From positions 1 to 61,315 of the forward strand of contig CAJGEA010000001.1 in assembly GCA_904502015.1 (NCBI GenBank): DNA of 61,315 nucleotides, read 5' to 3'. This document shows, piece by piece, positions 45,624 to 55,600 of the stretch. The position numbers and the translations under genes were made by a program. The notes below the pieces were generated by a model. That model saw only the letters and a program-made list of their open reading frames with translations. It was not told the origin of the DNA and searched no databases. Origin of the DNA: an uncultured Clostridia bacterium. GTDB taxonomy: Bacteria > Bacillota > Clostridia > Oscillospirales > CAG-272. How positions within the stretch are numbered: the first letter of the stretch is position 1; each line of letters opens with the position of its first letter.

Positions 45624-46343
45624 ATGAACCAAGATCCGTCCATAAAACACAACAATTCATTTGACGAGCAAGCTGCCGAGGCACTTAAGGCCAGCCGCCG
45701 ACTCAAGCGGAATATGCTGATCGTGATTGTCTGCATGGTCATATTTGCCATTGTTGCTGTCCCGTTGATCAATTACCTCGACAACCCCGATCGGAGCAGT
45801 TCGGGCGATGAGCTCGTGACCAGCCCCCGTCCGAACAGCGTAATTTTCTTTGATCCCGATTACGATTACGACATCATGAAGGACGCCGAATATCTGGCCA
45901 AGGATCGTGCAATCTACTACTGTGACAAAAGCTCAGGCGTGACCGAGGCACTGGACCAAGAATCAATTTACCAATACGGCGGTGCCTTGCCCGTACTCAA
46001 GAAAATGATTGATTGCATCATTGCGGGCGATGCCGACGGGTACAATAAGCTCTTCAGCTCCAACTATTTTGCCATCGAGGGCAGGGAACCTGAGGAGCCG
46101 TTTACCATGCAGCAGGTGTACGATATTCGGTTCTCAAAGGCCGCCGTTTCCGAGAAGTTAACCGAAAACGGCAAAAAATATACGCAATACGAGTTCGAGG
46201 TTGAATACAAAATTCATAAAAATAACGGAACCTTTCGCACAGATATCGGGCACGATGAATCCAGAAAGCAGTACTTTGTGCTATCGGATAGCACGAACGA
46301 ACAGGTTTTGATAGACCAAATACTGATTTACACCTATAAATAA
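45624..46343 (+). CDS. hypothetical single-pass membrane protein with ~170-aa extracytoplasmic domain
   Basis: TM helix MLIVIVCMVIFAIVAVPLINYL after a ~30-aa cytoplasmic head. No motif I recognise. AAGGAG RBS. Confidence 0.6.
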   Translation: MNQDPSIKHNNSFDEQAAEALKASRRLKRNMLIVIVCMVIFAIVAVPLINYLDNPDRSSSGDELVTSPRPNSVIFFDPDYDYDIMKDAEYLAKDRAIYYCDKSSGVTEALDQESIYQYGGALPVLKKMIDCIIAGDADGYNKLFSSNYFAIEGREPEEPFTMQQVYDIRFSKAAVSEKLTENGKKYTQYEFEVEYKIHKNNGTFRTDIGHDESRKQYFVLSDSTNEQVLIDQILIYTYK

Positions 46344-46353
46344 GATTTTTTTA

Positions 46354-46400
46354 AGATGCCGCCCTTTTTCCTTCGTCGAAAGAGCGCGGTATCTTTTTTT
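46354..46400 (+). terminator. intrinsic terminator after the 45624 gene
   Basis: AGATGCCGC ... GCGGTATCT stem (one G-U) followed by T7. Confidence 0.7.
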
Positions 46401-46410
46401 AAGCCTGCGA

Positions 46411-46453
46411 AATTTGTGCAATATGTACACAAAATTGTAAAAATGCACAAATT
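46411..46453. promoter_or_regulatory. 10-bp perfect inverted repeat (candidate operator) upstream of the lipoprotein promoter
   Basis: AATTTGTGCA (46411-46420) and TGCACAAATT (46444-46453) separated by 23 nt. ATATGTAC occurs inside the repeat and again at 46459-46466. Confidence 0.4.
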
Positions 46454-46466
46454 GTCAAATATGTAC

Positions 46467-46495
46467 TTGTCAAACGAAAAGAAATATGATAAAAT
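46467..46495 (+). promoter_or_regulatory. promoter of the 46592 lipoprotein gene
   Basis: TTGTCA (46467-46472), 17-nt spacer, TAAAAT (46490-46495). Confidence 0.5.
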
Positions 46496-46591
46496 AAGTA
46501 CGGCATAATAGAAGCTGGCGGTTTTACTCGCTGTGTAACGTGTAACGACCGATGGCTTCTGCAAAAACAGCCAAGAAAGGAAGTTTTACCC

Positions 46592-48370
46592 ATGAAAAGA
46601 AAACTGCTCGCGTTTGCAGCGCTCGCAGTCGTTCTGTCCTTGACCGCCGTTGCTTGTGGCGGCGATAAGAACGACAAGCCCGCAGACACCACCGCCCCCG
46701 ACGCCGCCACCTCCGCTCCCGCGGAGGATACCTCTGCTCCTGCCGAGGATGACACCACCGCTCCCGCGGACGAGACCACCGCTCCCGCGGACGAGACCAC
46801 CGTTCCCGCCGAGGATGAGACCACCGCTCCTAAGGAAGAGATCACCACTCCTAAGGAGGAGGAGACCACCACTCCCATCGTGGTCGCTCCCGGTGACTAC
46901 TCCATGCCCTTTATTTCCGACGCCGCTTCCAATGAGGAAGGCATCGACCTTCAGGAATCCGATCTGTTTATGGCTTTCCTCTTCAACTACGGTCTGGGTG
47001 ACCCCCACTCCATTGTTGACGGCAAGTACACCATCGCCGGTATCAACGAGATGATCGCTGACGTTGACGGTTTCTATGCTTACTCCATTGTAATGGATGG
47101 TGTTAATTGCCGTCCCGGTGCTCTTAGCTATGCATTCTGCCGCGGTGTTCAAGACGTTGCCTTCACAGGTCTCGGCGAGGATCAGATCACCGATTCCGTC
47201 CGTCCTATCGGTAACTTCTATGAGGACGACGGCGACGGCATGCTCGGTGGTTCGGGCATTTACGCCACCATCACCGAGGGCAAGCTGCAGATCGTTGTTA
47301 AGTACTTTGATGCAACTGCCGCCAAGGGTGTTCGCAACAAGTACTACACCCTCAATGTTGACAGCAACAAGCTGACCTTCGCTGATGACGGAAACACCGT
47401 TTACATCCTGGCCGGCGACACTCTGTGCGCTACCATCGAGCTGAGCGGCTCCAAGGATTACGATGCCATTTCCACCATCCCCGTAACCTCCTTCGCCGAG
47501 ACCGCCAAGATCACTCTGGCAAACGGTCTGGTTGACACCATCGAGAACACCCTGATTACCGACACGCACACCACTCAGGTCGGTATCGCAAGCCGTGTTG
47601 GTACGACTCAGTTCTCCTCCATCTCCATCATTGGTATCAGCAACATCGAGATCCCCGAGATGGTGATTGATACCCTGCAGGTAGAGCAGAAGAACTTCCT
47701 CGCGGGTCAGCCCATTAACGTGATCGCTAACGGTACGGCTACCGACTACGTTGGTATCTATGCCGAGGATGGCACTTTGCTCAACAAGGTTTACCTTGGC
47801 GGTGACAGACAGGTCAACTTGAACACCGAGGCTACTCTGGCGGCAGGCACCTACGTCATCCGCTTCATGCCCAACGATGCAACCGATGTGTCCGCCGCTA
47901 CCGAGACCGTTACCATTAAGGTCGTTGCCGCAACGAATATGATTTACAACATCGGCAATGCGGGCTCCATGGTTTCCAACAACTGTTTCGACGCTACCTC
48001 TTGCGATGCTGACGATTATCAGACCAACCTGAAGGCCGATTCCATTAAGGTTCCCGCAGGAGCTACCGAACTCAAGCTGTGGGGCTGGGCAGGCTTCAAG
48101 TGCGAGAGCTATGCATTCGGTTACATCATTGACGACAATGATCCTGTTATCAAGTCTGAGTTTACTCACGTCTTCACCGACGATGAGCAGTTCGACAAGA
48201 ACGCTATCGCAGGCGCCGCTGCATCCGCCGGCGGTATTGCATCGGGCAGACATGACATCCGCGTTGACCTCACCGGTCTGACTGCCGGCACCTACACCAT
48301 TCGTGCCGTAGCTCAGCAGGAGGATGGCGCAATGACCGTTCTGCAGCAGTTCACCATTACCATCGAGTAA
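46592..48370 (+). CDS. hypothetical secreted lipoprotein with Thr/Pro/Ala/Glu-rich repeat linker
   Basis: Signal/lipobox MKRKLLAFAALAVVLSLTAVACGG, then linker repeats TTAPADE/TSAPAED/TTPKEEE, then ~500 aa of beta-rich sequence with no motif I can name. The C-terminus (LKLWGWAGF...LTGLTAGTYTIRAV) looks like a carbohydrate-binding-type module. Confidence 0.6.
   Translation: MKRKLLAFAALAVVLSLTAVACGGDKNDKPADTTAPDAATSAPAEDTSAPAEDDTTAPADETTAPADETTVPAEDETTAPKEEITTPKEEETTTPIVVAPGDYSMPFISDAASNEEGIDLQESDLFMAFLFNYGLGDPHSIVDGKYTIAGINEMIADVDGFYAYSIVMDGVNCRPGALSYAFCRGVQDVAFTGLGEDQITDSVRPIGNFYEDDGDGMLGGSGIYATITEGKLQIVVKYFDATAAKGVRNKYYTLNVDSNKLTFADDGNTVYILAGDTLCATIELSGSKDYDAISTIPVTSFAETAKITLANGLVDTIENTLITDTHTTQVGIASRVGTTQFSSISIIGISNIEIPEMVIDTLQVEQKNFLAGQPINVIANGTATDYVGIYAEDGTLLNKVYLGGDRQVNLNTEATLAAGTYVIRFMPNDATDVSAATETVTIKVVAATNMIYNIGNAGSMVSNNCFDATSCDADDYQTNLKADSIKVPAGATELKLWGWAGFKCESYAFGYIIDDNDPVIKSEFTHVFTDDEQFDKNAIAGAAASAGGIASGRHDIRVDLTGLTAGTYTIRAVAQQEDGAMTVLQQFTITIE
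46709..46876 (+). repeat. in-frame 21-24-nt tandem repeats encoding the lipoprotein linker
   Basis: Two consecutive units are identical (ccaccgctcccgcggacgaga x2 near 46755-46800), flanked by diverged units. Confidence 0.8.
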
Positions 48371-48391
48371 TGTAAAGACGTTCGTCTTCTT

Positions 48392-48422
48392 GGCGGCCGC
48401 CCGTAGGGGCGGCCGCCATTTT
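48392..48422 (+). terminator. intrinsic terminator of the lipoprotein gene
   Basis: GGCGGCCGCCC-GTAG-GGGCGGCCGCC followed by ATTTT. Confidence 0.75.
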
Positions 48423-48427
48423 CATAT

Positions 48428-48472
48428 ATCCAAAACCCCGTAGCCGCGAGCAAAACTCGCGGCTACGGGGTT
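48428..48472 (-). terminator. intrinsic terminator of the ABC transporter gene
   Basis: 17-bp stem AACCCCGTAGCCGCGAG/CTCGCGGCTACGGGGTT with a 5-nt loop. Minus-strand T-run. Confidence 0.75.
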
Positions 48473-48497
48473 GGTTATATGGGATTGAAGCAGTTTA

Positions 48498-51400
48498 TTA
48501 TTCGGTTCTCAACGCAACGACGGGGTCCTTCTTGGCAGCACCCAGAGCGGGAATCAAGCCTGCCAAAAGTGTCAAGCCCATGCTGACGGCAACCAGAAGA
48601 ACACCGCCCATAACAGGCAGGGAAGCCGTAAGCGTGGGAATGCCCGTCACGTAACGAACGATGAGGTTCGCGGGGATACAGAGTAACACGGTCGCAATGA
48701 TACCAATCAATCCCGCCGTCAAGCCAATGAGGAGTGTTTCGGCATTGAATACGCGCGTAATATCGCGTTTGGAGGCGCCCATAGCGCGCAGAACACCGAT
48801 CTCCTTGGTACGCTCTAAAACCGAGATATAGGTAATGATGCCGATCATAATGGAGGATACGACCAGGGAAATACTGACGAATGCGATCAGGACGTAGGAG
48901 ATTGCGTTAATAATGACGGTGATGGAGGACATCAGGATACCCACGATGTCGGTGTACTGGATCTTGTCGATTTCCTCGACGCCGTCGTTGTAGTCCTTGA
49001 TGAACTTTTCAATTTTGTCCTTGGATTCAAAATCCTTGGCATAGAAATTGATGGAGGCGGGCTTGGCGGCCTCGGCATCATCCAGGGAATCGAGAACACT
49101 CTCTAAGGTAGCGTCAATCTGAGGAGCCATAGAGTAAAGCGTTTCCTCAAGCTGAATAAACGCATCGTCGTCTGCGGTCAGCGTGCCCAACAGCGCCACG
49201 AAAATCTCTCTGTTGACCGTCATAGTCTTGATGGATTCGCTCAACTGCGTGTAGATGGCTTGCATCGTTTCTTCGCCTGCCAACTCAATCAGTCCCGCAA
49301 CAGGGAAGGGCATTTGCTCGCTTTGAGGAATACCCATGAGCGCGCCCAGAATGATCTGCATATCCAGCGCGGGCAGAAGTCGAACGAAATTGTCGGGGGT
49401 AATGGCAATGCCGCCCGTACCCATGCTCAGCATGGTACAGAGGGTTTTGAGCGCATCGGTATTAGCGGGATTAGTCTTCGCCGCCGTCAGAACCGCCTCG
49501 AAAATGCGTGACTGATTCTCGGCAGGCAGGAGCATATACATACCGAGGAAGGACTCGGTATCCTTGACCTCAATGCGATCCGAAAATTCGGGGTTTGAGA
49601 GGATCTGCTGAGTCATGTAGGCGTAGAATACCTCCATGGTTGCCGCGTCGATCTTGTCGATCAGCTCGTGGATGGTTTCGGGGGTGTACTTGGTACGCTC
49701 AAAGGGAAGTCCCGTCAGCACGTTGATATTGGGGATATCCTTCTGCTGGTTGATGACGACACTTTCCTCATTCTGCTTAAGAATATGCTGGGTGAGCATA
49801 TGGGTATAACCGATAGCACCCGAAACGCTGGTGGCGGTCACGCCCTCCTTGGGACGAATGATGCCCGCGATCTTCAGCTCCACACCGTTGGAGGTCACAT
49901 AGGTGTTCTGGTCGTAATCCAGATTTTCGCGGACGTCCTTCCAGATCGGCTTGTCACCGCTCTCGGTGGGATAGGTCTTTCCACTCTCCACAAAGAAGTC
50001 CTCGGTCGTCAGGAGCATGAACTTCATGCCCAAAATATCACTGAAGGTGTACGGGGGAATTTCGCCGGACTCGTATTTGCCCGCCATGAGATCAGCCAGC
50101 TCTTTTTCGATATTGTTGGGATCCAGCATACCCAGCATATACATGGTCATCTTGCTGATCTGATTATTTGAGTTGACCACCAGCACCACCTCGTTATAGG
50201 CGGTGGGCCAGTTGCCCGCGATCACGTCGTACTGCTGGTCGAGAAGTGCCGGATTGTTGAGCATCTCGGAAAAGACGTTCATACCGCTCATGCCGCCGCC
50301 CATTTCCATCAGCTCGGACATGCCTGAGAAGGCACTGCCCATGTTGTCGAAAACAACGTCCATGCCGACCTTTCTCGTGTCGCTTATGACGGGATTACCG
50401 TTGGCATCCCGCACGATCTGCCCGTTTTCATCCAGCTCGTAGACGAGATTGTAGACTTGCAGGGCGTAATCGTAGGTGTACTGAATGTCGCTGACCGAGT
50501 TCTTGATCTGATCGTAATTCTTTTCAAGATGCTCCTTGAATGCCTCGAGATTGTTGCTTACGGTGGCGCTCATGGCGGACATCATCGTACCCATGGAATC
50601 GTCTACGTAGATCATCTCGGAGTCCCGATGGTTTTCTTTGTCCTCGCTGACTTGAGTCATAGCCCCCAGCATGGCGCTGTAATCCTGCGTTTCTTTTTGC
50701 AAGGTCAAGGGGTAGGTGGACAGGGTGTCTTCCTGTACGGTTGCGATATAGGCGTTGATACCATTGGACAGAGCCATGATCATGGCAATACCGATAATAC
50801 CGATACTACCCGCAATACCCGTCATGGCGGTTCGTCCCTTTTTGGTCATGAGGTTGTTGAGAGACAGGGAAAAGGCGGTCAGGAAGGACATGGACGTATG
50901 CTTGCCCTTTTTGACAGAGCTAACACGCTTTACCTCTGCCTGCTCCTTTTCGGCATCAAACGGATCGGTATCCCCGACCACCTTGCCGTCCAGCAACTTG
51001 ACGATACGGGTGGAATACTGCTCGGCCAACTCGGGATTGTGCGTGACCATGATGACCAATTTGTCTGCGGCGATTTCCTTGAGCAGATCCATAATTTGAA
51101 TGCTGGTAGCGGTATCCAAAGCACCCGTAGGCTCATCGGCCAGCAGAATATCGGGATCGTTGACGAGTGCACGCGCAATGGCAACGCGTTGCATCTGGCC
51201 GCCCGACATCTGGTTAGGCTTTTTCTTGAGCTGATCCCCAAGACCAACCTTTTGCAATGCCTCGGTGGCACGGCGGCGGCGCTCATGCTTGGATACGCCC
51301 GACAGTGTCAACGCCAGCTCCACGTTGGCGAGAACGGTCTGGTGAGGAATGAGATTGTAGCTTTGGAACACAAAGCCGATGCTATGATTGCGGTAGGTAT

Positions 51401-51632
51401 CCCAATCCTCATCGCGGAAGTCCTTTGTGGATTTTCCGTTGATCAGAAGATCACCGTCGGTATAGCGGTCGAGGCCGCCGACGATATTGAGCAAAGTGGT
51501 CTTTCCGCAACCAGAGTGTCCCAGAATGGAAACGAACTCGTTTTCACGGAAATCGATGCTGACACCGTCCAATGCCTGCACCGACGCGCCGCCCGTTTCG
51601 TAGATTTTCGTGATGTTTCTTAGTTGAAGCAC
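48498..51632 (-). CDS. fused MacB-type ABC transporter (ATPase + FtsX-family permease with very large extracytoplasmic domain)
   Basis: [24 protein letters not shown] and [11 protein letters not shown]. Then a TM helix, ~650 aa extracytoplasmic, and a C-terminal FtsX-like three-helix bundle ([17 protein letters not shown]). GTG start with GGAGG RBS. Confidence 0.85.
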   Translation of the reverse strand: MLQLRNITKIYETGGASVQALDGVSIDFRENEFVSILGHSGCGKTTLLNIVGGLDRYTDGDLLINGKSTKDFRDEDWDTYRNHSIGFVFQSYNLIPHQTVLANVELALTLSGVSKHERRRRATEALQKVGLGDQLKKKPNQMSGGQMQRVAIARALVNDPDILLADEPTGALDTATSIQIMDLLKEIAADKLVIMVTHNPELAEQYSTRIVKLLDGKVVGDTDPFDAEKEQAEVKRVSSVKKGKHTSMSFLTAFSLSLNNLMTKKGRTAMTGIAGSIGIIGIAMIMALSNGINAYIATVQEDTLSTYPLTLQKETQDYSAMLGAMTQVSEDKENHRDSEMIYVDDSMGTMMSAMSATVSNNLEAFKEHLEKNYDQIKNSVSDIQYTYDYALQVYNLVYELDENGQIVRDANGNPVISDTRKVGMDVVFDNMGSAFSGMSELMEMGGGMSGMNVFSEMLNNPALLDQQYDVIAGNWPTAYNEVVLVVNSNNQISKMTMYMLGMLDPNNIEKELADLMAGKYESGEIPPYTFSDILGMKFMLLTTEDFFVESGKTYPTESGDKPIWKDVRENLDYDQNTYVTSNGVELKIAGIIRPKEGVTATSVSGAIGYTHMLTQHILKQNEESVVINQQKDIPNINVLTGLPFERTKYTPETIHELIDKIDAATMEVFYAYMTQQILSNPEFSDRIEVKDTESFLGMYMLLPAENQSRIFEAVLTAAKTNPANTDALKTLCTMLSMGTGGIAITPDNFVRLLPALDMQIILGALMGIPQSEQMPFPVAGLIELAGEETMQAIYTQLSESIKTMTVNREIFVALLGTLTADDDAFIQLEETLYSMAPQIDATLESVLDSLDDAEAAKPASINFYAKDFESKDKIEKFIKDYNDGVEEIDKIQYTDIVGILMSSITVIINAISYVLIAFVSISLVVSSIMIGIITYISVLERTKEIGVLRAMGASKRDITRVFNAETLLIGLTAGLIGIIATVLLCIPANLIVRYVTGIPTLTASLPVMGGVLLVAVSMGLTLLAGLIPALGAAKKDPVVALRTE

Positions 51633-51655
51633 GTATAAGCCTCCATTTTTTAATA

Positions 51656-51685
51656 TTCATAAAAATGATACCATATTTTTATGAA
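51656..51685. promoter_or_regulatory. 10-bp inverted repeat straddling the extended -10 of the ABC transporter promoter
   Basis: TTCATAAAAA-10 nt-TTTTTATGAA. On the minus strand the 10-nt centre contains TGgTATCAT (-10). Confidence 0.45.
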
Positions 51686-51771
51686 CTTATCATGAACCGA
51701 CCTATGTTCCCCCAAAAGTTACATACTCATAATAATTTTCACGAAATCATCACAGTAACAGTTCGTTTCTC

Positions 51772-52500
51772 TCATAATACGCCCAAGGTTTGCACCGCCG
51801 AGCTTGGGCAGAGTATTCCGGCATGCTCGTCTATGTAAAGATCCCAAGCCGTATTGTCCAAAACCGCTCCGTATTCGTCGATAAACGGGTAATCTTGCAA
51901 AAGAATCGCTCCGTGACTCTCATTCAACCGTAAATAGAACCCCTTTTTTGATTCGTGCATATACGCTTCGCTACATCCCGCAAAACCTGCGTCAAGCAAT
52001 CGGCGACACAAAGAGAGCAGTATCGATAATTCCTCAATGAAAACGGTTACAGATAAATTTTCCGCCGGTATTATATTCACCGTATTCACACGGGCGGATG
52101 TAATCGCGGCATCTGATCTTATCAAAGGCATAGAGTCCTCCGTTTCACCCAAAGCTTCATCAAAGGCGTCACCTGCTTCACACTCGCGTACACACGCAAG
52201 CAAGCGTTTTTCTCTCTCGTAGGTCTCGTCGGTTGACTGACACACATCGGTATTCTTTCCCAGCTTGGTGACAAATATTTCGCAGCCCCCATCCTTGGAC
52301 GCGAAAAATTGCACGAAGAGCCGCTGTCCTTCGGTATCAAACCCAACCTTCCTATCCGCGTCCGCTAAAATATGACGAACGGCACATCGTGTATGCTCGT
52401 CGGCTGAATCTATATGGGAGGTTGTCAATTCGTAGCGAGCCATGTCGGGCTTTGTCAGCATAATTTTGATTTTTGTGTGACTGATAACGATCAGTTCCAT
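51772..52500 (-). CDS. mecA: MecA-like adaptor protein
   Basis: N-terminal MELIVISHTKIKIMLTKPDM...LFVQFFASKDGGCEIFVTKLG, an acidic linker, and a C-terminal domain ...FYLRLNE...IDEYGAVL follow the MecA two-domain pattern. ATG 52500 with GAAAGGAA RBS. Confidence 0.6.
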   Translation of the reverse strand: MELIVISHTKIKIMLTKPDMARYELTTSHIDSADEHTRCAVRHILADADRKVGFDTEGQRLFVQFFASKDGGCEIFVTKLGKNTDVCQSTDETYEREKRLLACVRECEAGDAFDEALGETEDSMPLIRSDAAITSARVNTVNIIPAENLSVTVFIEELSILLSLCRRLLDAGFAGCSEAYMHESKKGFYLRLNESHGAILLQDYPFIDEYGAVLDNTAWDLYIDEHAGILCPSSAVQTLGVL

Positions 52501-52572
52501 GAAATACACATTCCTTTCAAGATAAAACGGTGACGGTACCGTGATGCCTGAGATCACGTACCACTTATGCAC

Positions 52573-52601
52573 ATTATAAGCAGAAGGACGGAAAAAGGCA
52601 A
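52573..52601 (-). promoter_or_regulatory. promoter of the mecA-like gene
   Basis: Minus strand: TTGCCT (52601-52596), 17-nt spacer, TATAAT (52578-52573). Confidence 0.5.
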
Positions 52602-52621
52602 CCCCTAAATTTTTGGCAAAT

Positions 52622-52660
52622 AAAAAAGTGGGTACGGAGCGTCGCTCGGCGCTCCGTACC
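52622..52660 (-). terminator. intrinsic terminator after addA
   Basis: GGTACGGAGCG-8 nt-CGCTCCGTACC, followed on the minus strand by CACTTTTTT. Confidence 0.7.
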
Positions 52661-52666
52661 TTTGAC

Positions 52667-55600
52667 TTATGAAATATCGATTTCAATGGCCTCGCCAAGA
52701 GGGAGAGAGTAGATATACGCGCGGCTCGGAAACGTATGATACAGCATTTGGATGGCGGCCGCGTATTGCCTCAGCTGCTCACCGTGCTTTTTCTGCATAT
52801 TCGCGCGGAGCAGGGCAGGATCTTTTCGCTCTTCCTTGGTGATGTGGTCGGTTTTGTAATCGCAGATCTCAATATGACCGTCATCAAACTCGCAAACGAG
52901 ATCAATAGAGCCTTGGACAAGCAGTTGTCTGTCGCCTAGCGCCTCGGCAAGCTCGCTGTTGGAGGTCAACGTGGCAAGGGGAACGAAACGGCTGAATTGT
53001 ACCTCTCTGCGAGGGCGGGATTCCTTGTGCATGCGGGCAAAGAAATCGCTGTCGAAGAATGCCTGCAACTGTTCCTTACCTTGCGACAGAATCGAGGCCG
53101 TGCGTCCGTTAATGAATTTTTGCTCAAGAAGACGGACAATTTCGTTATCAATGCCGTGTTTCTGTACGTTTTCGTAGTCACAGTATTGCAGGAACAGGTG
53201 TGCCGCCGTGCCTCGCTCCGTCGCCGTGGGACGAGAATTCGCACGAAGGAGCAGTTCAAATTCGTCGTGCTTCGACACCGACATGAGCCGTACCTGCTCC
53301 CGAATGGATGCCTCCGTTTGAGGATCGCAGAAGACACCTTCCGTATCCGAGGGCAGCTTGCCGTCATCAGCGGGACGGTCCGTGTCATAATACACGCAAC
53401 TGTCCAGAAGCATATCAACCATACGGGATGCCGAAATCTTGGTGGGAACGTTTCTCACTGCCATGTCAACGGGCGTTTCGGTCGACATGGAATCTATGAT
53501 ACGACGGTAGCGCTCGGCGTTCGTGTCGGCGGGCGAATCGGCGGCATCGTCTTTGTTTCGGGCAAGTGGCTCGCCCGGGCGGATGTCTGCCTGATTGATC
53601 GCCTTAAATGTGTAGAAGGGAGCGCACTCGGGGTGTATAGCCAATCCTACGCGGACCCATTTCATGTAATTCGTGCACGAGAGCGTGGCAAAGCGATCTC
53701 CCGGAGCGAACACGGGAGGCTCGTCGGCACTGCCTTGGCCTACGATATACAACCGCTCGCGTGCGCGTGTCATGGCCACGTACATAAGACGCATTTCGTC
53801 CTCGCGTTCCTGTGTGCGTATGGTGTGGGCTGTTATGTTGCGGAGCAGGGTATCGTACTTTCGGTTGGTGAGGACGGCTTCTCCGTCCTCCGTAACCTGA
53901 ACGCCGCGCTCGTAGAGCTTCATGGCCAGCCCCGACTGTTTCTCAAAGAGAATGTCCTTGCTGTAGGATTTTGCACTGAAGGTCTGGCCGCAGCGCACGA
54001 TAAAGCATACGGGAAATTCAAGGCCCTTGGACTGGTGCATGGTCATAATGGAAACGTGCCCACCCTCCGTCTTGTCCTCGGGAACGTCGATGTTCTTCGT
54101 TGTCAGAAGTTTCTTTTCAAAGTAGCGAAGGAAGGCGTAGAGGGACAAAAATTGCGATGCCTTGTAATCTCTTGCGCTGTCATACAAGTAAACGAAGGCC
54201 TTGGACCCGCGGGCGGCGCACCGTTTATCCTTGCGGAGAAGCTGCAGGAGAGCATCCGCCGATTGCGTTGCGCAAAGCGCGCGGTAGTGCTCGATGAAGG
54301 ACAAGAAATCACACACCTTGCGATACAGATCGGGCGCGGTGTTTTCGTGATCCCTGCGCGCACGGTACTCCTCCAAGCCTCGGTAGAGGGATACATGATC
54401 GCTGAACTCCTCACCAACGGCACGCACGTCCAAAACGTCCTGCAGGGTGAAATTGGGGAAGGGGGCGCGAAGCGCCTCGGAAAGCGGTATGTCGCACTCG
54501 GGGTTATCAATGACGCGCAGGAGGTTGACAAGGTACATCATGTCTGCCCCGTGCAAAAGATCATGGCCTGCCTGCTGGGCTTCCAGTTCCTCACAGCCCG
54601 TGGGAATACCCATGCGCGTCAATGCGTCAAGGTAGGTGTTGAGCGAGGTGCGGCTACGCATGAGGATAACGATATCCGAGGGCTTAATGATCTTGCCGTT
54701 AGCCAGCGTTGTCTTTGAACGAAGAAGATCCGCGATCACGTTGGCAACGTGGGCGGCTTCGGCGTCCGCGCCGCCGAGCACGGGATCATCCGAGGGGTCT
54801 TCGTCCGTATCCTTTCCCTTCTGCTTGTAGAGAAGATGTACCTGAACAGGGGAGGGAATATACCCGTCGTAAGGCTTCTTTTTGGAAAATCCGAGATCAT
54901 CCTCCGTCTTGTATCCAATGGTTTCGGGGCAAGCGCGGAAGATGTGACCGCACACGGCGTTGGTTACTCGAATCACGCTTTCATCGCAGCGGAAGTTATC
55001 CGACATAAATATACTGTTTCCGCCGCATGCGGGGACTGCATCGGAAATATCGGCGAGTATGGGAAGCTTCTCGCGGTAGCGGGCGAATACCGTGGAATCG
55101 GCCCCGCGGAAGCCGTAGATGCTCTGCTTGATATCACCCACGATGAAGCGATGATTCCCTCCGATCAGGCGGAAAATCTCGTCCTGCATTTCATCAACGT
55201 CCTGGTACTCGTCAATGTAAACCTCGTCATACTGGTCACGGAAAGCGATTGCCAGTGGTGAAGGATCACCGTTCTCGTCGCGGAGCATCTTCAAAAGGAG
55301 GCGGCGGTTATCCGTGAAGTCGCAAATTCCGCGAACGCGCTTTTCCTCCGCAATACGCTTGTCATACATGGTCAGGAAATCGTAGAGAACGGCGCACAGT
55401 TCAGCCGTGAAACGCATATCGTGACGGATTTCCTCTGTCGGCCATGCGAAATAGGTGTCGCGCAGCTTGATCATCTCGTCCTTGTAAATGCTTCTCCATT
55501 CCTTGGCGGACACGAATTCAGGGGCCGCGTTGGAGAGCGCCTTGAGTTTTTTTTGTGCATAGTCCTGCAAGACGTTACGCATGTCCTCATACGTGCTTTG

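Noticed and set aside
46399-47054. Pro/Ser/Ala-rich ORFs 46650..47054 + and 46399..46878 - overlapping the lipoprotein linker.
   Set aside because: They are alternative-frame readings of the in-frame tandem repeat. The lipoprotein frame has the signal peptide, the RBS and continuity over 592 codons.
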